DNA of 34,684 nucleotides from Octopus sinensis (Eukaryota). Made by a program: the position numbers and the translations under genes. This document shows positions 1 through 11,002 of the stretch, piece after piece. How positions within the stretch are numbered: position 1 is the first letter of the stretch; every line of letters starts with the position of its first letter. The notes under the pieces are model-generated. The model searched no databases, was not told the origin of the DNA, and saw nothing but the letters and a program-made list of their open reading frames with translations. The stretch lies in assembly GCF_006345805.1 (NCBI RefSeq), contig NW_021829923.1, forward strand, positions 1 to 34,684, read 5' to 3'.

Positions 1-110
1 TCCATGATTTCGGAGTCAATGAAATAAGTACCAGATGAGTAATGGGGTCGATTGAATCGACTTAGTTCCTACACCTAACTGCTGGCCTTGTGCCAAGAAT
101 TGAAACCAAT
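1..110 (+). mobile_element. tRNA-derived SINE, family B (Nin/Deu-domain-like), 3' half
   Basis: ataagtaccag...ggggtcgattgaatcgac...ccttgtgccaagaattgaaacc aligns with the 3' half of the complete copy at 31962-32359. Confidence 0.7.
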
Positions 111-149
111 ATTTAGCTTTACTACTTTATTTCTTCGATTTACAAACCA

Positions 150-230
150 TGTTACAACGGGACGTGAACACACCAACATCGGTATCAAGCGATGCTGGGG
201 GACAAACACCAAACATACAAACATACATAC
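150..230 (-). mobile_element. SINE family A internal fragment
   Basis: Reverse complement matches tgtttgtccccc...gatgctggtgtgtttacgtccc of the full copies (8445, 26745). Confidence 0.55.
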
Positions 231-243
231 ATACATAATATAT

Positions 244-287
<44 letters not shown>

Positions 288-290
<3 letters not shown>

Positions 291-1667
291 AAACAGTAAA
301 AAATAAATACAGACATGGACAAGAACATGAAACAACCCAAAGAGACGACAAGAACCACAGGACGGACATTCGAAGCCCTCAGTCATCAGTCAAGAACCAG
401 ATCATCTTCGCAATTTCGGCTGATTAATCTTGAGATTGCTCCGATCTGGGCAGCCCGCCAGGGAAATCTAAGCCAAGCGCATTAGATCCCCTGGAAGAAA
501 GCTTCGAATGTATACAACACGAGTACGGAAAACGAACGAAGTACACGAACAAAAATACAGAATACGTGACACCAATAAGAATACAAAAACGTAAAAACAA
601 TAACGGTAAAGATAAAAAACAAAACAAAACCAGGACGTAGGACAAGGGTCTTTCGACAGGACGAGTTGAGTTTGGGGCTGGCTTATGAAGTTGTGCCTAA
701 TGGCCGCAGGGAGACGAACAAATCGTGTTGCTTCGACGACTGCTGGAACGAAAAAGGCGCTCAGCAGTGGCTAGCGGTCACGTGAGAACAAAGACAGGAG
801 AAAGGACAGATGAAAAGAGAGAGAAGGTGACGAGGGATGAGAAGAAAGAGACAGATCGAGGACTGGAGGTGAAGAGAGATAGAGAACGTAGAAGGGGGGG
901 GACGGATGGAGAGGGAAAGAAGGAAGGGGAATAAGGGAGGAGAGAGAGAGAGAGAAAGAGACAGATCAGAGTCGTATCAATGCTAGAGAAAAAATATACT
1001 TATCGTATAAGGACAATTGTGGATACGTAGCGCCGCGATTATGTTTGTAAACAGTAAAAAATAAATACAGACATGGACAAGAACATGAAACACCAAAGAG
1101 ACGACACAAGAACCACAGGACGGACATTCGAAGCCCTCAGTCATCAGTCAAGACCAGATCATCTTCGCAATTTCGGCTGATTAATCTTGAGATTGCTCCC
1201 GATCTGGGCAGCCCGCCAAGGGAAATCTAAGCCAAGCGCATTAGATCCCCTGGAAGAAAGCTTCGAATGTATACAACACGAGGACGAAAAACGAACGAAG
1301 TACACGAACAAAAATACAGAATACGTGACACCAATAAGAATACAAAAACATTAAAACAATACGTAAAGATAAAAAACAAAACAAAAAACCAGGACGTAGG
1401 TCAAGGGTCTTTCGACAGGACGAGTTGAGTTTGGGCTGGCTTATGAAGTTGTGCCTAATGGCCGCAGGGAGACGAACAAATACGTGTTGCTTCGACGACT
1501 GCTGGAACGAAAAGGGCGCTCAGCAGTGGCTAGCGGTCACGTGAGAACAAAAGACAGGAGAAAGGGACAGATGAAAAGAGAGAGAAGGTGGACGAGGGAG
1601 GAGAAGAAGAGACAGATTGAGGGGACTGGAGGTGTGAGATAGATAGAGAAACGTAGAAGGGGGGACG

Positions 1668-1668
<1 letters not shown>
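288..1668 (-). mobile_element. Penelope-like non-autonomous element, about 1.8 head-to-tail copies of a ~759-bp unit
   Basis: Direct repeat 288-1046 / 1047-1668, flanked by (TA)n. Minus strand has CTGATGA and CGAAA hammerhead-like words and a hairpin (458-494). Short peptide HNRGATYPQLSLYDKYIFSLALIRL* (1043-966) weakly resembles Penelope ORF C-termini. Confidence 0.6.
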
Positions 1669-1712
<44 letters not shown>

Positions 1713-1713
1713 A

Positions 1714-1775
1714 CGACGAGGCTTTGACCGGACCGAGGCTATCGTAGAAGACACTTACCCAAGGTGCCACGCAGT
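1714..1775 (-). mobile_element. SINE family A core fragment
   Basis: gaagacacttacccaaggtgccacgcagtg is the reverse complement of the family A core. Confidence 0.6.
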
Positions 1776-1887
1776 GCTCTTATACCCACTTACTTTTTGA
1801 CACTGTTACCATTTTCTCGATTTTTTATTGTTTTCTTTCCGTCAAATTGTTTAACTTTATAAGGGCATTATTTTTTTTAGAATTGTA

Positions 1888-2246
1888 TTAATTTCTATTT
1901 TATTTTAATTTTATCTTAATTCTATTTTTATCTTGCATCTGTTAATTTTTGTAATTTTTTTTTTACATCTTGTACCTTTTCCCTTTTCCCAACACAGATG
2001 CATACTAATATTATATATATATATATATTATATATATATATATTATATATATATATAATACTATGTATGCATCTGTGTTTGGGAAAAGGGGAAAAGGTAC
2101 AAGATGAAAACAAATATTATACTATGTATGCATCTGTGTTGGGAAAGGGGAAAAGGTCAAGATGTAAAAAAAAATATTTACAAAAATTAAACAGATGCAA
2201 GATAAAAATAGATTAAGATAAAATTAAAATAAAATAGAAAAATTAA
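1888..2246. repeat. ~120-bp inverted repeat (1888-2005 / 2126-2246) around (TA)n, with a partial tandem duplication of the right arm (~2058-2115)
   Basis: Arms are near-exact reverse complements apart from homopolymer indels. Confidence 0.85.
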
Positions 2247-2409
2247 GATTGAATAAACATGCCCCTACATGGTTCTTAACATATGGAACATTAAGTAAGT
2301 ACATATATTGTATGTATTATGTATGTATGTAATGTATGTATGTATGTATGTATGTATGTGTGCATATATATATATATATATATATAATATATATATATAT
2401 AATATATAT

Positions 2410-2615
2410 CAACATGTGACCTTGTGAGCACCGCCAGCATTTTTTTTTCCTCTGTCTTCCCTTCTCGGGATCTTTCCTTCTCCTTGTTTTCCGACGAAGA
2501 GCTCCGCTCGAAACGTTAAACCCTCCTTCCTTCTTTCCTGAGCGTCCAATAATACTTTATTTGTTCCACGTCTCGCGTTGCTGTGTTTTTTTTTGTGTTT
2601 TCTTGTTTGGATTAA
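2410..2615 (+). mobile_element. Penelope-like terminal-repeat fragment (family P1) in (TA)n
   Basis: Homologous to 4170-4345 (-) and 15130-15320 (+): pyrimidine run, hammerhead-like core, then ttcc(t/c)g(a/g)gc(g/a)t..aataa. Confidence 0.65.
2488..2520 (+). ncRNA. Minimal type I hammerhead-like motif, variant core (U4C)
   Basis: ttt-CCGACGA-a-GAGC(tcc)GCTC-GAAAC-GTT-aaa; helix I only 3 bp, no helix III. Confidence 0.45.
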
Positions 2616-2693
2616 CTATATATATATATAATATATTAGATATATATATATATATATATAATATATGCACACATACATACATACATACATACA

Positions 2694-2724
<31 letters not shown>

Positions 2725-3639
2725 GCTACTTAACTTAATGTTCCATAATGTTAAGAACCATGTATGGGCATGTTTATTCAAATCTTTCCCCTTGCTATTC
2801 TGAGTTCAAATACCTCCTAAGTTCTAAGTCATATATAATCATACATTTCGCCAGTTTCCGTTAAAGATGTACCAGAACTATGCTGGGCAAAAAGAAAACT
2901 AACTTTAATTAACTGCAATTGTGTCTTTGAATAAAACAGCTTTGTATTTTGGCCAAAGAAAATCAGTGACTAAATGCGGCAATACTGAAATAGCTTTGTG
3001 CACTTGAAAGTAAAACGAAAAAATATATTTTAAAACAACAGTCTTGCAATTGTTGAAACAAAATTTACCGACGTCAGCAAAACTAAAATGTTCAAAAGTT
3101 TAATGGAAATCCAAATAAACAAAGAAAACCAACTCTAGTTTACAATAATTTCCGGCAGATGTAGAATGGTAAAATGGTAGTTTTTGCTGTTGGTATCATG
3201 CATTAAGCTAGAATGATCGGCACCATATTTCCTTTTTGTTTCAAAGTTGCAGTCTCACTCAAATTTTCCTTAAAATATTAAGTAACATCACTCGATATGG
3301 TACCCCATATTGGTGGTATAGCGACATTTGTAATTAAGACCGCACTTCCTTGCAGTTCCACGTTTCTTCTCTTGTTTATTCTATGCTAACTTTAATCTTA
3401 AACTTTAACATCTTCGGAACTACATCCCTCTTCGTATATTTCTGAATTACAAAATATTCACAGTTTTCGAAAGCGATATTAATTGCATCGACCTCACCCA
3501 ACCGGTATACCTTTCCGCACTAGAAGGCCTCGATAGGTTACGTAAGACGGACTTCCTTTTTTTCGAACACCATTACACAACAAACTATCAATGATATAGC
3601 CTTGAATATCAAACTGAAAGTTTCATTTAAATCCAAGAG

Positions 3640-3836
3640 AATTCATTTGTGTGTGTATGTGTGTGTGTGTGTGTGTGCGTGTGTGTGTATACATACATAC
3701 GTGCATACATACATACATAGATACATATCCATACATATACATACATTTATACATATATACATACAGGCATTCATACATACATATGTTATGTATATGTGCA
3801 TATATATATGTATATATAATATATATATATATAATG

Positions 3837-3867
<31 letters not shown>

Positions 3868-4100
3868 GATATATATGTATATATATACATATATATAGAT
3901 ATATATATATGTACATATATACATACATTCATATATATATACTATACATACATGCATACATTAATGCATATTTATACATATATATACATAGATAGATAGA
4001 TAGATAGATAGAAACTTACATACATACATACATACACACATACATACATATACACATACATACATACATACATACATACATACATACATACATACATACA

Positions 4101-4136
<36 letters not shown>

Positions 4137-4160
4137 TGCATATTATATTCATATATATAT
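3640..4160. repeat. Compound microsatellite (TG)n/(TA)n/(TACA)n/(TAGA)n
   Basis: Directly visible. Confidence 0.95.
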
Positions 4161-4169
4161 ACATATAGT

Positions 4170-4345
4170 GAGAACTTACAAAAAAAAGACAAAGACGGGT
4201 GTGTAAACAGCAAACAAATTTATTAGTTTAATGCTCGGGAAGTGAAAAAGTCTTTTACGTTTCGAGCCTACGCTCTTCGACAGAAAGGGACTCAGAAATA
4301 AAAAAGAGAGAAAAAAGAAAATAGAAAAAGGTTTAGCGATTATCA
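4170..4345 (-). mobile_element. Penelope-like terminal-repeat fragment (family P1)
   Basis: Reverse complement aligns with 15130-15320; embedded in TA/TACA repeats. Confidence 0.65.
4249..4292 (-). ncRNA. Minimal type I hammerhead-like motif, variant core (A6U)
   Basis: Minus strand agtc-cc-ttt-CTGTCGA-a-GAGC(gtag)GCTC-GAAAC-GTA-aaa-gact; helix I 7 bp with a 2-nt bulge. Confidence 0.55.
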
Positions 4346-4365
4346 TGGCGAAAGCTATGATATAC

Positions 4366-4444
<79 letters not shown>

Positions 4445-4452
<8 letters not shown>

Positions 4453-4889
4453 GTTTAATAAAATAGAACATATGCATATATATAACCATATATGTACGTA
4501 CCTACCTCTACATGTACATATACACGCATATATGTGTACAGGACACCAAAAAGATGTCGAACACATAGAGAGACGAAAAACATAGACACAAACCAAGGAA
4601 CAAGACAAGCAAAAAAAGAGATACAGGACAATAAGCACAACGAAAAATCCCCTTCTTCAGTCGCTAAGGTTTCATCTACTAAACGTTTCGAAGGATAAAA
4701 GCGAGACGTATACTTCGAAGAAAACTTCCTTCCTGCGAAAAGCAAATCAATTAAAATTCTGAGATCTTTCGCAGAGGGGTAAAAAAAGCAAGACGGTAAC
4801 GACAGTACAAACATATAAACAGTAAAAAATATATATATAAACAGTGGAAAAATAAATATATAACAGTGAGAGACAGGACAAGAAACAAG

Positions 4890-4890
<1 letters not shown>
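4445..4890 (-). mobile_element. Penelope-like non-autonomous element (family P2)
   Basis: Colinear homology with 30908-31390 (+) over ~400 bp; both sit in (TA)n; carries the CGAAACGT...CTGAAGA module. Confidence 0.65.
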
Positions 4891-4931
<41 letters not shown>

Positions 4932-4934
<3 letters not shown>

Positions 4935-4997
4935 GCGAATGAGAGGATTTGTCGTACGCGAATGAGAGGATTATTCGTACGCGAATGAGAGGATTTG
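4932..4997 (+). repeat. 23-bp tandem repeat x~2.9 (tacgcgaatgagaggatt...)
   Basis: Units start at 4932, 4955, 4978. Confidence 0.95.
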
Positions 4998-5051
4998 CAT
5001 CCCTAACCAACAATTTTTGATGTAACACATGTCCTTGTGGAGCTGTTGTGC

Positions 5052-5128
5052 GCGGCTGAAGAAGGCCACAACATACATTATGCATTGTTATAAATCTGTC
5101 TAATAAAGGCCCGAAACATATGTACCGC
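5052..5128 (+). ncRNA. Type I hammerhead ribozyme with palindromic helix III (ACATATGT); predicted cleavage after A5124 (GUA)
   Basis: gcgg(5052-55)-CTGAAGA(5056-62)-a-GGCC...GGCC-c-GAAA(5113-16)-C-atat-G-TA-ccgc(5125-28): all core nucleotides in the correct order with helix I closing directly on the core. Confidence 0.75.
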
Positions 5129-5154
5129 TGAATCCTTGGCATCATTTTTTATTT

Positions 5155-5843
<689 letters not shown>

Positions 5844-6174
5844 CATCGTTCCGGGTTCAATCCCAATGCATGGCATCTTCGGCAAATGTCTGTTACTACA
5901 TCCTTGGGTCGACCAAAGATGTGAAACGAATTTGGTAGATGGAAAGTGAAAGAATCCCGTCACACACACACAACACACACAACATACACATACACATACA
6001 TATTATATATATATATATATATACATACACATCGTTCCGGGTTCAATCCCAATGCATGGCATCTTCGGCAAATGTCTGTTACTACATCCTTGGGTCGACC
6101 AAAGATGTGAACGAATTTGGTAGATGGAAAGTGAAAGAATCCCGTCACACACACACACACACACACATACACAT

Positions 6175-6206
<32 letters not shown>

Positions 6207-6340
6207 ATACACATCGTTCCGGGTTCATCCATGCATGGCATCTTCGCAAATGTCTGTTATACATCTTGGGTCGACCAAAGGTGAACGAATTTGGTAGATG
6301 GAAAGTGAAGAATCCCGTCATACCACACACACACACACAC
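5844..6340 (+). repeat. Three tandem copies (~185 bp period) of a truncated family A SINE plus (CA)n/(TA)n
   Basis: catcgttccgggttcaatccc... starts at 5844, 6030, 6212; the copies share private substitutions. Confidence 0.9.
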
Positions 6341-6599
6341 ACTATATATATATAATATATATATATATTATATATATATATAAGTGAAAAAATGCTCAAT
6401 CTAAAAAGAGGGCACAGAATGGCAAGTTAAAAAAACGATGCACAGACGAACTGAAAAGCGTATATTAAGTGCACAAACGGATGGAAAACAATACATATAT
6501 AACAAGCGATACAAAAGTAGGCATATGAAAGTGAATAAATGTAATTCAAGACGATGGACATTTGTGTGTGTGTATGGGAGAGAGAGTGTATGTGTGTGT

Positions 6600-6653
<54 letters not shown>

Positions 6654-6700
6654 GGCAGAAAAAAGAAGCGCACCCAACACATTAATTAGGGGTTACATTT

Positions 6701-6852
6701 ATGGACCAAAACAGTTTGATACAAATTCGTTGGTTCTCCAAGGGTTTCAAGTGTGATGCTAATCAAATTCAAATTCAAAATGACTGAAGATTAGCATCAC
6801 GCCTGAAACTCTGGGAGTACCAGCGAATTTGAATCAAAATGTGTTGATCCAT
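6701..6852. repeat. Imperfect palindrome (64-bp arms, 24-nt spacer), probable decayed MITE
   Basis: 6701-6764 vs 6789-6852 reverse complement: 10 mismatches in 64, no indels. Confidence 0.85.
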
Positions 6853-6949
6853 TTATATATATATATATTTATACTATATGTGTGTGTGTGTATGTATGTA
6901 TGTATGTATGTATTATGTATGTATGCATTATGTATGTATGCATGTGTAT

Positions 6950-7160
6950 GAGTCTGTGTCTGTGTCCGCCACCACCGCTTTACAACCGGTAACGGTGAGC
7001 TTAATTCCTCATAACTTAGCAGTTCGGCAAAAGAGACTTATAGAATAAGTCCTAAACTTGAAAACATTATAAGTCCTAGAGTCGATTTGTTCGACTGAAA
7101 TCCTTTAAGGCGGTGCTCCAGCATGACCGCAGTCAAATAACTGAAACAAGTAAAAGTGAA
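6950..7160 (+). mobile_element. SINE family A, 3' half
   Basis: cttagcagttcggcaaaagagac...ggcggtgctccagcatg...cagtcaaataactgaaacaagtaaaag. Confidence 0.8.
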
Positions 7161-7810
7161 AAGATACATACATGCATTTAAGAAAGCGGGATTGTCACAT
7201 CTGGAATACCTTTGATTATACTTCATCATGATTGATCCAGGTCTATACATTTGATAAAGTAGGCTCGTGGATTACAATAGAATGTCTGGATGGTCACAAG
7301 CAGAACGTATTTTATCATAGACCTGCTTGATCAGACTGGCTTGAATATTGTGGATAATCAATAACAGCAGCAACAACAACAACGATGTTCACGAAGAGGA
7401 AGTTATCGCATCGCTGTTTCGTTCCACACCATACTAAAAAAAAATGTATGAACACACTGTATTGTTATGATATATATATATATATATATAAGTGGGCTGA
7501 GGTTTACTACAGCCGTTTCACACTTGTTTTTTTTTTATTGATGAACACATTAATTACATCAAGTTTAAAAACTCGTTTTCTTCAGGCGAATTAAGAGTAA
7601 AATGTAACATTTAGGATTTTTCAGATACAGTATATAATGCGTATTGACCTTCATGTCGGTGTCAATTGAAAGACAGTACAATTCCGTATTTGCTTTAATA
7701 AGTACGTGAGTGTCAGCAAATACTGTTGGTACACTCTACCTTGGTGTCTTTGTTATCAAAATACCTTAATTCTATTAGATCCTAAACATATAGATATATA
7801 TATATTATTA

Positions 7811-7930
7811 TATCGGTCACTTTTGCCGAGCCGCTAAGAAACTTGCCCAAGGTGTCACGCAGTGGGACTAAACCTGGAACTATGTGGTTGAAAAGCAAGC
7901 TTCTTGCCACATAGCCACGTTTGCACCTAT
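7811..7930 (-). mobile_element. SINE family A, internally deleted
   Basis: tRNA-like head and core (cttgcccaaggtgtcacgcagtggg) fused to the ttttgccga..cgctaag segment. Confidence 0.75.
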
Positions 7931-8444
7931 GTATGTATGTGCCGCTTGGATTCTGTTTCTCTACCAACCATACTTTGGAAACTCGGCTTTTTATATATAG
8001 AATATGGGATTTAAACTAAAAACATGTACCTTCATGGAAGTACCGACCAAAATCCATATCCTCTGGAAAAAGATGAGTTGTGAGCATTATTCTTCTGCCT
8101 GTATTCTTCTAACTACTTTTACTCTGTATTCTTCTATTTTATTTCTTTATTCTTCTATTTTATTCCTTATAAACTGTGAATTTTATTCTTTGTAAACTAC
8201 AAATTTTCCCCGTCAAAATACTCATACCTCGTCTCTCATGTCGGAGTACCCAGTGCACTGATATGCTAACCAACCACTTGGGCTATCTCAGAAACAGCTG
8301 TAAGGCTTCAAATTCACCTTATCCTAATGAAATTATTCTAAATAACTTGAGACATTCGTTCTGCCTTGGTTTTGATTTCTCCTCTATCATACTTAATATA
8401 TAAAGACTATCGAGAGGTAAGTTACTGCAGTTTTTGTCCACAAT

Positions 8445-8822
8445 AGGCGCAGGAGTGGCTGTGTGGTAAGTAGCTTGCTAACCAACCACATGGTTCCGGG
8501 TTCAGTCCCACTGCGTAGCATCTTGGGCAAGTGTCTTCTGCTATAGCCCCGGGCCGACCAATGCCTTGTGAGTGGATTTGGTAGACGGAAACTGAAAGAA
8601 GCCTGTCGTATATATGTATATATATATATATATGTGCGTGTGTGTTTGTGTGCCTATGTTTGTCCCCCTAGTATTGCTTGACAACCGATGCTGGTGTGTT
8701 TACGTCCCCGTCACTTAGCGGTTCGGCAAAAGAGACCGATAGAATAAGTACTGGGCTTACAAAGAATAAGTCCCGGGGCCGATTTGCTCAAATGACTGAA
8801 ACAAGTAAAAGAGTAAAAGAGT
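8445..8822 (+). mobile_element. tRNA-derived SINE family A (OR1/OR2-like CORE-SINE), near full length
   Basis: Box A-like tggctgtgtgg, box B-like ggttcagtcc, CORE-like cttgggcaagtg, internal (TA)/(TG) tract, (agtaaaag)n tail; many copies in the window. Confidence 0.85.
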
Positions 8823-8928
8823 AATACAGAGAGATGGAAATTCGTCTGGCAGCGGCCAGTGAGAGGGTCAGATATATTTCGGCCTTTATGGATCTTTTTG
8901 GGCCATTTCATTGATCTTTTCATTCGGC

Positions 8929-9033
8929 CAGGAGCTATAGTATGAAAACACTTGCCCAAGGTGCCACCCAGTAGGACTGAACCCGAAACTACATGGTTAC
9001 AAAGTAACCTTCTTAACCGCACGGCCATGCCTG
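8929..9033 (-). mobile_element. SINE family A head/core fragment
   Basis: acacttgcccaaggtgccacccagtaggactgaacccgaaac. Confidence 0.75.
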
Positions 9034-9559
9034 GGTCTATGTATATATGAAAGAAAAAGCCTTTGATCAAAGATTGGCTCAGTTGGGATTGACTAGAGAC
9101 TAAACAACAAAACGTCTTTGTTTTAATTATTTTAGCAGAATCTTCTAAAACAATAAGCCAGTGACAGAGGTGGTGGCGAAGGCAGTGTTTGATTCTCCCA
9201 TCCACACATCCTTTTCTACCCTCCCTGGGGAAATTTCCTTGCCGCGTCCAGTTTCACACTTCTTTGTGGAATTAAACGCCAAAAAAAAAAAACAAAAAAA
9301 AAAAGAAAACAAAATCGAAAAAATAAACAAACAAACGAACGGAACAGAAGCAAGAGAAGAATCCAATTTTGGTAAAGGAAGGGTTAGGGCTCCCACAAAT
9401 CTGTCATTCATGTTCAGTTGACCGTTTTAAAATGGTCAGACCATTCCTGCTGATGTCCGTCACTTCTCTTTTCTTTTGTTTATTTTGAATGGAATTCCTG
9501 GTTTTCTTTTACCACTTTTGAAACTCGAGTGAAATTTCAATCAACCTTTGCTTTTAACA

Positions 9560-10002
9560 ATAAAACGGTTTTGGCATTTCTCATTCTACTTCTTCCTTTT
9601 CTTCTTCTCATTTTTCCTTCTTTGTTTTTTTTTTTTCATTTTTGTCTTTTGCTCTTCTTCCTTATTTTTCTTTTCTGTTATTTTTTCTCTTTCCTCTCTT
9701 CTTTTTTCTTTTTACCCTTCTTTTTCCTTCCCTCTTCTTTTTCCTATTCTCTTTTCCTTTCTTTGTCTTTTTTCTCCCTCCTCACTCTCCAACTTCTCCT
9801 CTTCTTCATTTTCATGTTGCTACTCTATTTATTTTTTGCTTTTCTTTTTTCTCATTTTTTCTACTTCTACTCCTCCTTCTCCCAGTCCTTCTCAGCCTCC
9901 TTATTCTTCACTTACTGTGACACTTCTTCCTTTCTCTCTCTCTCACTCCCTCACCACTCACCCTCTCCTTGTTCTCTCTCTCTCTCTTTCTCGCCCCTCT
10001 CG

Positions 10003-10034
<32 letters not shown>

Positions 10035-10050
10035 GTTCCCTCTCTTTAAG
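9560..10050 (+). repeat. ~490-bp polypyrimidine / (CT)n tract
   Basis: Directly visible. Confidence 0.9.
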
Positions 10051-10372
10051 GTGGCACGCCACGGTCAAGTTGATACATTTGACCTCAAAGAAGATTTCTG
10101 CTCATCTTTCATCACTTCTTAATTCATTGTTTCAGTTTGTTTGCATTGTAAGAATGTTGGTGTGTGTGTATGTGTGTGTGTGCGTGCGTGAAGCGTGCGT
10201 GTGTGTGTATGCGGCTGTGCATATGTGCGTATGTTTTTGTATATATGTGTGTGTGTGTGTATCTCCGTACGTGTGTGTATGTGTCTGTATTTATGTATAT
10301 CTGTGTGTATTCCGGTGTGTCATTGTATGTGCCTACGAAAATATGTATATATGTGTGTGCGCATATGTATAA

Positions 10373-10403
<31 letters not shown>

Positions 10404-10603
10404 CATATGTATAAGTGTATATGTGTTTGTGTGTGTGCGTGATTTATTCATTTCATTTAGTAGTTTTATAACTGGACTGCGGCCATGCTGGATCACCGTT
10501 TTTATCCTTTTCTTATATTTCTTTTGAGATACGATGTCTTTGTTTCAATGAATTTCTTTAAAAATTCTGAAGAGTTTAGCTTTAATATCTTCATTATTAA
10601 TAA

Positions 10604-11002
10604 GCTGTATGGTAAGTAGCTTGCTTACCAACCACATGGTTCCGGGTTCAGTCCCACTGTGTGGCACCTTGGGCAAGTGTCTTCTACAATAGCCCCGGAC
10701 CGACCAATGCCTTGTGAGTGGATTTGGTAGACGGAAACTGAAAAGAAGCCCGTCGTATATATGTGTATATATATATGTATATATATATATGTATGTGTGT
10801 GTCTGTGTTTGTCCCCCTAACATTGCTTGACAACCGATACTGGTGTGTTTATGTCACCGTTACTTAGCGGTTCGGCAAAAGAGCCCGATAGAATAAGTAC
10901 TGGTCTTACAAAAGAATAAGTCCCGGGGTCGAGTTGCTCGATTAAAGGCGGTGCTCCAGCATGGCTGCAGTCAAATGACTGAAACAAGTAAAAGAGTAAA
11001 AG
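10604..11002 (+). mobile_element. SINE family A, full length
   Basis: Aligns end to end with 26745-27128. Confidence 0.9.

Larger units (their letters stand above)
2245..2786. repeat. Second inverted repeat (~2245-2390 / ~2630-2786)
   Basis: gattgaataaacatgccc...gttcttaacat...ggaacattaag vs cttaatgttccataatgttaagaaccatgtatgggcatgtttattcaaatc. Confidence 0.85.

Noticed and set aside
5844-6340. CRISPR-like repeat-spacer appearance
   Set aside because: Units are ~120-bp SINE fragments separated by microsatellites in eukaryotic DNA; no cas genes
6784-6815. CTGAAGA...GAAAC hammerhead-like words in the palindrome
   Set aside because: Helix II is weak, there is no NUH with a pairing partner, and no helix I
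7625-7705. Plus-strand exon candidate (ttttcAG ... GTGAGT)
   Set aside because: All three frames contain stops and there is no other support
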